Source of the DNA: an uncultured Verrucomicrobiota bacterium
GTDB lineage: Bacteria > Verrucomicrobiota > Verrucomicrobiia > Limisphaerales > CAZZJO01
DNA: 64,000 nt
Assembly (NCBI GenBank): GCA_964654645.1
Contig: CAZZJO010000010.1
Location: 65,051 to 129,050, forward strand
Direction of reading: 5' to 3'
The notes beneath the pieces were generated by a model, which was given only the letters and a program-made list of their open reading frames with translations, had not been told where the DNA came from and did no database searches. Shown piece by piece: positions 18,201-25,947 of this stretch. The position numbers and the translations under genes are program-made. The stretch's first letter is position 1, and every line of letters begins with the position of its first letter.

Positions 18201-18745
18201 CTAGCCCCCCCAAACGACCAAACTAAGTCCAAACCCGCTCCCTCAACGAGCTCCACCTTAAAAATTATACCCTCCAGATTTGCCAATGGAATGACCACCA
18301 ATTCGATCTTCTCCCCATATGGGCCAACAATAATGTATCGCATTCTCCCGGGCTCGTAAAAAGATACGACGTTAGTAGTTTCATGTAACCAACAAGCACG
18401 AGAAGGGGTAGTAATCCCAAACCGAAGGTTTCCTCCCTTCGCCGGCAAGAGAAATACAAATTCAGGTTTATCCCCTGCATCTACTCGCATTGCCCCTCGA
18501 TTGCAATATAGAGGGCGATTAAAAAATTCTAATCCATTAGTAATCACAAACCCACCATCAGCCGGATGATACCTGAGAGTACGCTCAACATTTTTCAAAA
18601 GATTTGGCCAGCGTAAGTCGACCCATTCAGCCGGAGTTTCTCGAGTTCTGTTTATTTGCGCTCCGCACGGCTGAGCCAAACAAATCACAGTTGCTACCAC
18701 CCATATGATGCAATTCACAAATCCCGACCTAGCCGTGTTTCTCAT
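15272..18745 (-). CDS. Large secreted protein (1157 aa), probable glycoside-hydrolase-like enzyme; CAZy family not assignable by eye
   Basis: Signal peptide 'FVNCIIWVVATVICLAQPCGAQ'. The aromatic- and acid-rich central region ('WRVPLLGWRGLYAGDALGQHERT', 'YEAYACIWASDNLQYNGGGVTHSTAYNY') resembles (alpha/alpha)6 glycosidase cores. The C-terminal part is a beta-sandwich-like region. Carbohydrate-gene neighbourhood. Confidence 0.5.
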   Translation of the reverse strand: MRNTARSGFVNCIIWVVATVICLAQPCGAQINRTRETPAEWVDLRWPNLLKNVERTLRYHPADGGFVITNGLEFFNRPLYCNRGAMRVDAGDKPEFVFLLPAKGGNLRFGITTPSRACWLHETTNVVSFYEPGRMRYIIVGPYGEKIELVVIPLANLEGIIFKVELVEGAGLDLVWSFGGASGQRFRRNADIGCEAAPVNVLLQLRPEFCTNNHFKFTERAFLVTSPRVSLVGAVSKTTKMFVANAHEWNSLVGLLLSTNHAVSLPVLIGRVHLLNAEPYYLVICRSQFSNELAEVEKRWPLEEMEKAFEMAETRRQRIIKRVEIDCPDQFIQLAVSALNIAAEAIWDETTRSYFHGAVAWRVPLLGWRGLYAGDALGQHERTFLHILRYVQTQNTNPIPETFPGPDEDSNLSRCERALHSNGNMTRSHYDMNLVAVDGLIRHVRWTGELEKIREYWPVLMRHFAWEKRLFRRQFGQEKLPLYEAYACIWASDNLQYNGGGVTHSTAYNYLAFKTLGEWGVRFGLEGAEELLHEAERIYRAAESLLWSSDTGCYAEYRDVIGDQLLHTNAALWTVYHAIDSELGSSLKHWLMTRYVDTQIPHIPVIGPGIPKEDLYVLSTTSWMPYMWSVNNIVVAECLHMALAYWQANRVDRAFPLFKGAIISTMYSGLCPGNIGMTLSYDVARREAQRDFADGIGVAARAIVEGLVGVRPNLPGGEIVIVPGWPDSWQWLHFNHPDFRLDFRKNAEESSYKFTSRFPHPARIKFRLSARTSRPCLLKQGVSGAQLLVDTNSVGHPMIEVIFPPTNFCSFSIRWDGDSCEKISRVYRVPAGGKITIRPKKAIINGFDDPQDVLSKSRITSHEASFNLKSGVGGYKTLFVNLVQDELGWWEPISIEIIPRTNRVLGIEFDWTVPIKPNARLRTVDLSQFYNEQLSRIFENEYLSPRSPFCSLSIPKQGIGGWCDFNLKPTIDDSGLRNLAAIREGIFTMPNGIPFLISTQANAPNVVFVSKWDNYPNSVTIPLSGRAKWCFLFMVGTTTHMQSRFVNGHIKIAYKDGKLTDVDLENPVNWWPIEQDYFIDDFAFMRPEAIPPRVNLKSGIVRVLDPVAFKGKGGHVPGGAGTVLAIPLYPSSELKNLTVSASANEVIIGLLGVTLME

Positions 18746-19054
18746 CCTTAGGGAAAAGTAAGGAACCGTGGGGGGTGTGGTCTAGGCCAAAACGAAAAAG
18801 TTACACCCCAAAAATGATTAAAGCGACGACAACTTCGGCATCGGGACTACGTACCCTTTACCCAAACTACATCAACTGGAGAACTGCAAAATCACAACCA
18901 TGGCTACCCACGGATCATTGCGCAGCGCCAATATCCGAAGCCAATAACCATTGACCCCTTTTGTAAACTAGACGGTGGTAATGGAAAGTTGAAATACCCC
19001 GTTGCGCCAGGATATTAGTGTGAAGTTTTCAATCTCAAATAAAGTCACCGATTA

Positions 19055-19558
19055 CTAAAAGCGTTTGAACTTTTCCCCAGGCACATTGCACAATGGGCAT
19101 TTATCCGGCACATGATCTACAGTGGTATAGCCACAAACAGGACAAATGTACACGGTGCCGAGATCGATGTCTTTTCCAGCAGCTACTTTTTCTTTAGCGG
19201 CCGTATAAAGCTCTGCGTGAATCTTTTCGGCCTCCAGAGCCCAACTGGTTGACCGCACAGCCTTTTTCTCGTCCTGTAACTCAGCCACTGCTTTGTAAGC
19301 GGGGTACATCTCTTGCACTTCGAAGGTTTCCCCTTGGATTCCCATTTCGAGGTTCGCCACAGTGTTGCCAAGCATTCCGAGCGCATTTAAGTGGTTGAGC
19401 GCATGTACCTGTTCTGCATAAGCTATCGCTCTAAACAACCGAGCAATGTTGGGGTATCCTTCTTGCTCCGCTTTCTCTGCAAAAAGCAAGTATTTCATGT
19501 GAGCCTGACTTTCACCTGCAAATGCAGCTTTCAAAAACTCTTTTGTCATTTCGTGCAT
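19055..19558 (-). CDS. rbr: Rubrerythrin
   Basis: Ferritin-like diiron motifs 'AFAGESQAHMKYLLFAEKAEQEG' and 'AYAEQVHALNH', plus a C-terminal rubredoxin-type 'CPVCGY...CPLCNVPGEKF'. Confidence 0.93.
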   Translation of the reverse strand: MHEMTKEFLKAAFAGESQAHMKYLLFAEKAEQEGYPNIARLFRAIAYAEQVHALNHLNALGMLGNTVANLEMGIQGETFEVQEMYPAYKAVAELQDEKKAVRSTSWALEAEKIHAELYTAAKEKVAAGKDIDLGTVYICPVCGYTTVDHVPDKCPLCNVPGEKFKRF

Positions 19559-19570
19559 AAAGCCCCCTTT

Positions 19571-19585
19571 AATTGATATAATTCC
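19571..19585 (-). promoter_or_regulatory. AT-rich box (minus strand GGAATTATATCAATT) just upstream of the rbr RBS; candidate peroxide-regulon (Fur/PerR-family-like) operator
   Basis: The minus strand reads CTGGAATTATATCAATTAAAGGGGGCTTTATG. A near-identical arrangement, CCGGAAATTATAATCAATGGAGACTATG, precedes the peroxiredoxin gene at 52691-52718. Confidence 0.3.
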
Positions 19586-19633
19586 AGAATGTTTTTCACC
19601 ACCAGTTGGCGACTTTCCTAAGCTCGAGGGGTT

Positions 19634-20212
19634 TTACTTTAACCTCTTATCCACTTCGGTCCAATTGAGGTTTCTAAAGAAGGCTTCAATGTAATCTGCC
19701 CGTTTCAGCCCATAATCCAACATAAATGCGTGCTCGAATACGTCCATTACGAGGATTGGATTACAACCCGCCGGGTGACCTACATCATGCTCGTTAATCC
19801 AGAAGTTAATTAACCGTCCGTTTGTGAGATCTTGGTAAAGCACAACCCATCCGATACCACGGATTGTACCAACCGTCTTGAATTCTTTCATCCAATTTTC
19901 AACGGAACCGAATTGTGAAACTAATGCACGTGCGATTCTTGAGTCCTGATCAAGCTGGCCATTGCCTCCAAGGTTTTCAAAATAATACTCGTGCAACCTC
20001 ATTCCGTTGAACTCCCAACCTAGCCTTCGCTTGACTTCTGCGTACTCAGGCGTACCTAGCTTTCCCTCTTTTGCCAACGCATTCGCAACCTCCAGCAACT
20101 TGTTGGTGTTATTCACGTACCCCTCGTACAAGGTAAAGTGATTCTTTAACAGCCCTTCGCTGAATCCAGGCATTCCAATCAATTTTGAATAATCTTTCGC
20201 TGCATACGTCAT
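19634..20212 (-). CDS. Fe/Mn-family superoxide dismutase
   Basis: 'LKNHFTLYEGYVNNTN', 'WEFNGMRLHEYYFENL' and 'ILVMDVFEHAFMLDYGLKRADYIEAFFRNLNW' match the SOD N- and C-terminal domains with the D-x-[WF]-E-H-A metal site. Strong AAGGAGG RBS upstream. Confidence 0.88.
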   Translation of the reverse strand: MTYAAKDYSKLIGMPGFSEGLLKNHFTLYEGYVNNTNKLLEVANALAKEGKLGTPEYAEVKRRLGWEFNGMRLHEYYFENLGGNGQLDQDSRIARALVSQFGSVENWMKEFKTVGTIRGIGWVVLYQDLTNGRLINFWINEHDVGHPAGCNPILVMDVFEHAFMLDYGLKRADYIEAFFRNLNWTEVDKRLK

Positions 20213-20409
20213 ATGATCCTCCTTTATAGGTTAAAAAAACACACTTTACAAAAATGTCAATGGACAAAGGAAAACCTACGCTTTCGTATCAATGCACTCT
20301 AAAATGCCAACCAACACATTTGAAAGCCGGTCACAACATGTTTGGCCAGAACTGTATAACTGCGAAAACGTTGACAAAGATTTTAAACGAGGACTGGGAA
20401 AGAACCGCC

Positions 20410-21168
20410 TTAAAAGTGGGGGTGTTTATGAAGGAGCGCATGCGGCTTTTCCAAACCATGCGTAAGCATGAGTTTCTCATCCCCTAAAAGCAAAGGTGTT
20501 GGGCCTGCCGCAATTATCTCCCCTTTGTCTAAAAGAATCGATCGCGGGCACAAATCGAGTACAAGGTCCAAATCGTGAGTTGCAATTACTTTTGTACATG
20601 AAACTGAGGAAAGTAAGTGTTTAAGTTCACGTTTACCACGTGGATCTAAACCCGCAGTAGGCTCGTCTAATAACAAGACTTTTGGTTTACAAGCGAGTAT
20701 CCCTGCTAAACAAACTTTTCGTTTTTCACCCTGACTTAGATGGAACGGGTGTCTATGCTCAAATCCATCCAAACCAACCAAGTGTAAACACTCTCCAACC
20801 AACTTATCCAGCTCAGGACCGTCTACCCCAAGCTGTCGAGGCCCAAATGCCACGTCATCGTAAACCGTGGACCAAATAAGCTGATCATCTGGATCTTGAA
20901 ACATTAGGCCTACCATTGAGCGTATTTTAGGCATGGTTTCCCGAGTGATGGGTATTCCTTCGATCCAAACAGCTGGCGTCTTTGGTGGATCCTCCGGCAA
21001 TAATCCGTTTAAATGCAATAACAAGGTCGATTTACCCGCGCCGTTTGGGCCAATCAGCCCAACACTTTCGCCCTGTGTCACCTCAAATGAAACATTCCGC
21101 AACGCAACCGTGCCATCTCGATACTCAAAACTTAGGTTTTGTACTTTTATGGAAATCTTTAGTTCCAT
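20410..21168 (-). CDS. cbiO: ECF-type ABC transporter ATPase (CbiO/EcfA family)
   Basis: Walker A 'GPNGAGKST', signature 'LSQGEKRKV', Walker B 'LLLDEPTAGLD'. Overlaps the upstream T-component gene by 10 nt. Confidence 0.8.
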   Translation of the reverse strand: MELKISIKVQNLSFEYRDGTVALRNVSFEVTQGESVGLIGPNGAGKSTLLLHLNGLLPEDPPKTPAVWIEGIPITRETMPKIRSMVGLMFQDPDDQLIWSTVYDDVAFGPRQLGVDGPELDKLVGECLHLVGLDGFEHRHPFHLSQGEKRKVCLAGILACKPKVLLLDEPTAGLDPRGKRELKHLLSSVSCTKVIATHDLDLVLDLCPRSILLDKGEIIAAGPTPLLLGDEKLMLTHGLEKPHALLHKHPHF

Positions 21169-21773
21169 CCCCTTGCTCGCATTGCTTGATACACTCGCTC
21201 CGATCTATACACGACACGCGCTAGTAGTGCTGCCCCAATCGTAGCTAGTGTCAGCCACAACCGCACATGCTTATTATGAAACGTACGGCTTTGCCTAGCG
21301 CGTTGGAGTCGGCGTTTCTCTTCCAACAAAAGGGGTAAATACCTATACATAAGCATCAACACTGTGGGGAAAATGCCCCCAATCCCAATCGATCGTAACA
21401 TCCTAATCACCTGGTAAAAAGGCACTAAACGGGAATAAAGGATGACTGTAATTGCGCATAAATTGGCTTTTACTACTACCACCAGCAGTGGAAACGCCTC
21501 CTCGACTTGGGAAAAAAGGGAAGCCAAGCCAACTGCTATAATCACCGGCTCTACTAGCATAAGCCGTGTCAATAAAAACTTAAATGGAACACGCAGTGCT
21601 GCGATTGCGCCAACCAAAAAAGCCCCCACTATTCCATGGATCCAATGGATGGAATTGGGGCTAAAAGCCACCACTACAACGAGGAAAATCATCAGACCAC
21701 TAAGCCGCCATGGCAGCCTAGACTTGGGTGTATCACTGGTAAAACTTAATTTTTGATTAGGCGTGACGCCCAC
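21159..21773 (-). CDS. cbiQ: ECF transporter transmembrane (T) component (CbiQ/EcfT family)
   Basis: Polytopic hydrophobic 204-aa protein with a C-terminal 'RSERVYQAMRARGW' typical of CbiQ/EcfT. Coupled to the CbiO-like ATPase. Confidence 0.65.
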   Translation of the reverse strand: MGVTPNQKLSFTSDTPKSRLPWRLSGLMIFLVVVVAFSPNSIHWIHGIVGAFLVGAIAALRVPFKFLLTRLMLVEPVIIAVGLASLFSQVEEAFPLLVVVVKANLCAITVILYSRLVPFYQVIRMLRSIGIGGIFPTVLMLMYRYLPLLLEEKRRLQRARQSRTFHNKHVRLWLTLATIGAALLARVVYRSERVYQAMRARGWN

Positions 21774-21794
21774 GCGTGACTTCGGATTTACCTT

Positions 21795-23144
21795 TTATCT
21801 CTTAAACATGCCAGGGAAAGGCATTCCCGACATCTTGGCCATTGCCTTCTGAAGCTTGCTCAACTTCTTAAAAGCCTCTTGCATCTGATTAAATCTATTT
21901 AAGAGGGTATTTACTTCAGCAAGAGTAACGCCTGCACCTTTTGCAATCCGCATACGTCGCCTTGCGTTTAATATGTGAGGATTACGTCGCTCCTGAGGTG
22001 TCATGGCGCAAATTATCGCTTCCATGTGTTTGAGTTCTCTCTCTTGTTTAGCAAGGTCAACCTTTTTTAATGCTTCCTGCCCCACTGGTAACATGGTTAG
22101 AATCGACTCCAACGATCCCAAGCGACGCATCACGCGGATCTGGGTTAATAAGTCTTCCAGGGTTATTGTGCCTTTGAGAAGTTTTTCTTCAAATTCAGCT
22201 GCCTCCTCAGCACGAATAGTTTCAGCTGCCTTTTCTACCAAGCTGACGATATCGCCCATTCCAAGAATTCGTGATGCAATTCTATCGGGATGAAATGGTT
22301 CTATGTCCTCAATTTTTTCACCCGTGCCAATGTATTTAATAGGTTTTCCCGTAACCGCCTTAAAACTTAGGGCTGCACCACCCCGCGCATCACCATCAAG
22401 CTTAGTCAGTATCGCTCCTGTAATACCCAAAGCTCTATCAAAATGCAGTGCAACATTCACCGCTTCCTGGCCCGTAGCAGCATCCAAAACTAACAAAATT
22501 TCATCTGGCCTAACAACGTCTCGCAAACGAACAAGTTCTTGAACTAAGGGTTCATCTATATGATGCCTGCCAGCGGTATCTAAAATCACCACATCACGCC
22601 CATGTGACTTTCCGTCAGCAATGGCATTACGCGCAATCTCAACCACATCCAACGTCCCGCGTTCATAGTAAACAGGGATGTTAATCTGCTGACCTATAGT
22701 GACGAGCTGATCGATGGCAGCAGGTCGGTATACATCACATGCAACTAATAACGGATGCCGCCCTTGTTTCGAAAGCATCCTTGCAAGCTTACCCACGGTG
22801 GTAGTCTTCCCTGAGCCGTGAAGGCCCACTAACATTATAATCGCTGGCCTACCACCAAGTTTTAACCCCGAATGTTCCGAACCTAAAAGTGACACTAATT
22901 CGTCATATATTATTTTTACCATCTGTTGTGCAGGTGTAACCCCTCGCAAAACCTCTGTACCCAAAGCCTTTGCTTTAACTCGATCGATAAACTCACGTGC
23001 GACGTTGTGATTAACATCTGCTTCCAATAACGCAACGCGGACCTCACGTAAGGCCTCTGAGACGTTTGACTCAGTAAGTTTCGTCGCCCCGCTAATGCTA
23101 CGGATAATCCTTTGTAATTTGCTTGTTAGTGATTCAAACATCAT
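21795..23144 (-). CDS. ffh: Signal recognition particle protein Ffh
   Basis: 'MFESLTSKLQRII', 'GLHGSGKTTT', 'DTAGR' and a Met-rich M domain. The track ORF starts at GTG 23162. ATG at 23144 or 23141 gives the canonical MFESL N-terminus. Confidence 0.95.
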   Translation of the reverse strand: MMFESLTSKLQRIIRSISGATKLTESNVSEALREVRVALLEADVNHNVAREFIDRVKAKALGTEVLRGVTPAQQMVKIIYDELVSLLGSEHSGLKLGGRPAIIMLVGLHGSGKTTTVGKLARMLSKQGRHPLLVACDVYRPAAIDQLVTIGQQINIPVYYERGTLDVVEIARNAIADGKSHGRDVVILDTAGRHHIDEPLVQELVRLRDVVRPDEILLVLDAATGQEAVNVALHFDRALGITGAILTKLDGDARGGAALSFKAVTGKPIKYIGTGEKIEDIEPFHPDRIASRILGMGDIVSLVEKAAETIRAEEAAEFEEKLLKGTITLEDLLTQIRVMRRLGSLESILTMLPVGQEALKKVDLAKQERELKHMEAIICAMTPQERRNPHILNARRRMRIAKGAGVTLAEVNTLLNRFNQMQEAFKKLSKLQKAMAKMSGMPFPGMFKR

Positions 23145-23220
23145 AGGCAATCTAAAAACCACTTCTCACGTTGACAAGTGCACGAACACAGTTTAAATAA
23201 TTTCACCACCATTTACAGGT

Positions 23221-23307
23221 GGTAGGTTACCCAAGCGGTCAAAGGGGGCAGACTGTAAATCTGCTGGCGTGATGCCTTCGATGGTTCGAATCCATCACCT
23301 ACCACCA
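23221..23307 (+). tRNA. tRNA-Tyr (anticodon GTA), long variable arm, CCA encoded
   Basis: Hand-folded. Acceptor GGTAGGT/ACCTACC. Anticodon stem GCAGA/TCTGC with loop CTGTAAA. T arm GATGG-TTCGAAT-CCATC. Discriminator A followed by CCA. Confidence 0.9.
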
Positions 23308-23342
23308 TTTCTTTATCCTCTCATTTAGGTGATTCCTCACGA

Positions 23343-23383
23343 CACAAAAAAACACCGAGGCGGCATTATAAAAAACCGCCTCG
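23343..23383 (-). terminator. Rho-independent terminator downstream of the hsp20-like gene
   Basis: 8-bp GC-rich stem CGAGGCGG / CCGCCTCG (23356-23363 / 23376-23383). On the minus strand it is followed by GTGTTTTTTTG. Confidence 0.6.
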
Positions 23384-23429
23384 AGTAAGAGAAAAACAGC
23401 ATTACGCTCCTTTTAGCTACCGGCGCTTT

Positions 23430-23840
23430 TCAGTTGCATTGAAGATTATTCATCCGCACCCTAGGCAAACAAATAGTTAGTACTCCATCCGCATACCAAA
23501 ACCTTACCCTTTCTCTATCGATGAGTTCACCTATACGGATTACTCGCTCAAATGCTCCCTTTCGCCGTTCGCTTTGTCGTACTGCACCCACTAGCCTATC
23601 ACCCTCCCGACACCCCCTCAAAATTACTGAATCCCCATGACATTCTACCTCGATTGAATCCACTTTTACCCCAGGCAAATCAGCCAGGAGCAACAACTCT
23701 TCCCTCAGATCATAGAGGTCCACCGGCGGATACGGTTCCTCCACAGGAATACACCTCACACCCTGCTTATTACCACTTGCACCAGATCTACACTTTAATG
23801 CGCCTTTCTTTTTCATGTGTATCCCGAAAAAACCTTCCAT
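23430..23840 (-). CDS. Hsp20/alpha-crystallin-family small heat-shock protein
   Basis: 'VDLYDLREELLLLADLPGVKVDSIEVECHGDSVILRG...' and '...GAFERVIRIGELIDRERVRFWYADGVLTICLPR' follow the ACD pattern (dlpGv..edi.v....L.i.G...F.R...LP). The start codon is uncertain. Confidence 0.65.
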   Translation of the reverse strand: MEGFFGIHMKKKGALKCRSGASGNKQGVRCIPVEEPYPPVDLYDLREELLLLADLPGVKVDSIEVECHGDSVILRGCREGDRLVGAVRQSERRKGAFERVIRIGELIDRERVRFWYADGVLTICLPRVRMNNLQCN

Positions 23841-24381
23841 ATCATTCCCTGCTACTTTCGTGCCAATCTCGTTTAGTCAAACCCGCATAACTCACTGACC
23901 CACAAAAAATTGTAAAATATATGCAAGCAAAACCTTTATCCCCGAGCCAAAAAGTCCCAAAGTGGGGGGCTGAATGAGTAATTTTGTCTGGTCTCCAATC
24001 AAGTCACTAACGCCCCCGCTCCAACAGCGTGAGTAGTACAGTTTATAAATGCAAAACAAAAGCCATAGTTCAGTCTCTGGAGTCTTGGTTTACATTCGAG
24101 CTTCCAGCCAAATAGGACTTGCATGAAATAAGTGCCTAGCGAGGGTTTGAAGCATTAAAATAACAACGCGGTATTGGTGTTGTCCTTGTGAAGGTTATGA
24201 TCACAATAAATGTAAATGGTAAAGAAATCGCAAGTTTTGGGTTACACTGCGTCTTCCACGTTCTCAGATCGCACGGAAAAATGTTGTTGGACACCAAAGC
24301 GATTGCAGTCGGTGCCAAGCTTATAGTTTAAATAATTTATTCAAAAAGGGCTCCTTTTGAGTTGGCGATATTATATTAAAG

Positions 24382-25947
24382 CTAAGGCTTGGGCGGCAAA
24401 GAAAGGACGATTGGTTGCAATTTGGGGACATTGGTTACGATTTTATCCCCAACGATAACGGTTAGACCAGGGCGAATTTTATATTTTGAACCATCTCTGT
24501 CCCAAACAATAGACACCTGCCTACCTTTGTAATTGAGGGTGTCTAAGCAAAACCAATCCCAAACATGTTCAGGCACCAACGGATGCAGCTGCATAACTTC
24601 ATTTTCCGTAGGTACTATTCCAATAAGCCCAGAGATCACTAAGTCCGCAAAAGTTGAATGATTGTAATGCCAGCTCCGGTCGCCACGGTTAATCCAAGCC
24701 CCCGTGATTTCATCGAGATATTCACCAATGAATGGTTTGCCATAGTGACGATGCATTTGTACGTACTGGATGAACGCATCAAAGTAATCACAAATTGAAA
24801 TTTGGGTTTCAGGCTTTGCCCGCAAAACATTTGCAAGAGCAGATAAAGTTTGGGAAGTGGCGAATGGCCAGATAGGTCCGTCCCATTCACATCTTCCGAC
24901 ACCATGGGTCCTAAACCGTATGTGCCGTTGTTCGGCGGTGGTAAAGCCAAAAGCTGATTTAAACCCATGAAAATTCGTGAGCTCTTTCCACGCTCGCATA
25001 TAAGGTTCGTCAACAGGCGCCAAACCAAACATCCAAGGAACGTATCCGATCAACTCCCGCACATCGGATAACTCCCCATTTTCCAAGCGAACCTTAAAAA
25101 ACTCTGCTTGTGAATCCCACAACTTTAAAAGCATTCGCTGCCGCAAGGCGTTTGCTTTGTTTTCGAACTCAACTACCAACGATTGTCTCCCTGCCAATCG
25201 CGCTAATGCAGCTATTGCCATTGCATTTCCGTACATATAAGCATTAATTGTAGGCCGGATGTTTTTATTCGTCCTCGATCCGCTGATAGACTCTTCCATA
25301 CCATCACGCACGTCATACTGCCAAAAAAGGCCTTCTGGAAGTTCTCGCTCCTCGCACCAGCGATTATAGTCGGCGACTAGGTCATCAACCAAATTTGTGA
25401 CGAACGATTTTTCATCGGTTACCATATACCACTGGTAGACTGCCCATGCAAACCAGCTGCTATATTGGTGGAAATGCGGTTGTGGACCACCGTTATACCC
25501 GCGCAGCCAAAACAAAATGTAATCGCGCAAGTATTGTTGATTCCACAGCCACCTCCCTTCTGCAAGGTGATGGCCCACTGCACAGCTTATGGTGTTATAT
25601 TGGCCCGCATGTTTGACCGGCTTCAAAAACTCGGTAATAACAAATCCCACGGGCGTCAACTTTATGTGTTTCCGATAAACCCAAAATCTATAATAGTAGA
25701 TTTCTTCAACCTCTCGGTCTGGGCACTCAAACAACGGGATGTTTTCGCTCAACCAGTGTTTTGCGACGGAATTTGGTATGTAGTTCGTAATTGTTTCAAC
25801 GTCCTCTGCATTGAACCGTTCGATGTAGTGCGCAAATCGATCGAATTGGAGCACTCGCCCACTTAACCTTTGGGGCACACTTAACATTACCAGCGCAAAG
25901 GTTAATCCAAACAATACTGTTCTAACGTATAGCATGAATTCCGCCAT
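24382..25947 (-). CDS. Exported six-hairpin (alpha/alpha)6 glycoside-hydrolase-like protein (MGH1/GH63-like or trehalase-like; family unassigned)
   Basis: N-terminal signal/anchor 'VRTVLFGLTFALVMLSVPQRLSG'. The 'PLFECPDREVEEIYYYRFWVYRKHI' block is one I associate with six-hairpin glycosidases. W/Y/E/D-rich catalytic-type half. Confidence 0.5.
   Translation of the reverse strand: MAEFMLYVRTVLFGLTFALVMLSVPQRLSGRVLQFDRFAHYIERFNAEDVETITNYIPNSVAKHWLSENIPLFECPDREVEEIYYYRFWVYRKHIKLTPVGFVITEFLKPVKHAGQYNTISCAVGHHLAEGRWLWNQQYLRDYILFWLRGYNGGPQPHFHQYSSWFAWAVYQWYMVTDEKSFVTNLVDDLVADYNRWCEERELPEGLFWQYDVRDGMEESISGSRTNKNIRPTINAYMYGNAMAIAALARLAGRQSLVVEFENKANALRQRMLLKLWDSQAEFFKVRLENGELSDVRELIGYVPWMFGLAPVDEPYMRAWKELTNFHGFKSAFGFTTAEQRHIRFRTHGVGRCEWDGPIWPFATSQTLSALANVLRAKPETQISICDYFDAFIQYVQMHRHYGKPFIGEYLDEITGAWINRGDRSWHYNHSTFADLVISGLIGIVPTENEVMQLHPLVPEHVWDWFCLDTLNYKGRQVSIVWDRDGSKYKIRPGLTVIVGDKIVTNVPKLQPIVLSLPPKP

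Noticed and set aside
19601-19620. 'ggaaagtc' (minus strand) resembling the RNase P RNA GGAAAGUCC core
   Set aside because: It sits in a 75-nt spacer between sod and rbr, which is far too short for RNase P RNA. The surrounding conserved helices are absent.
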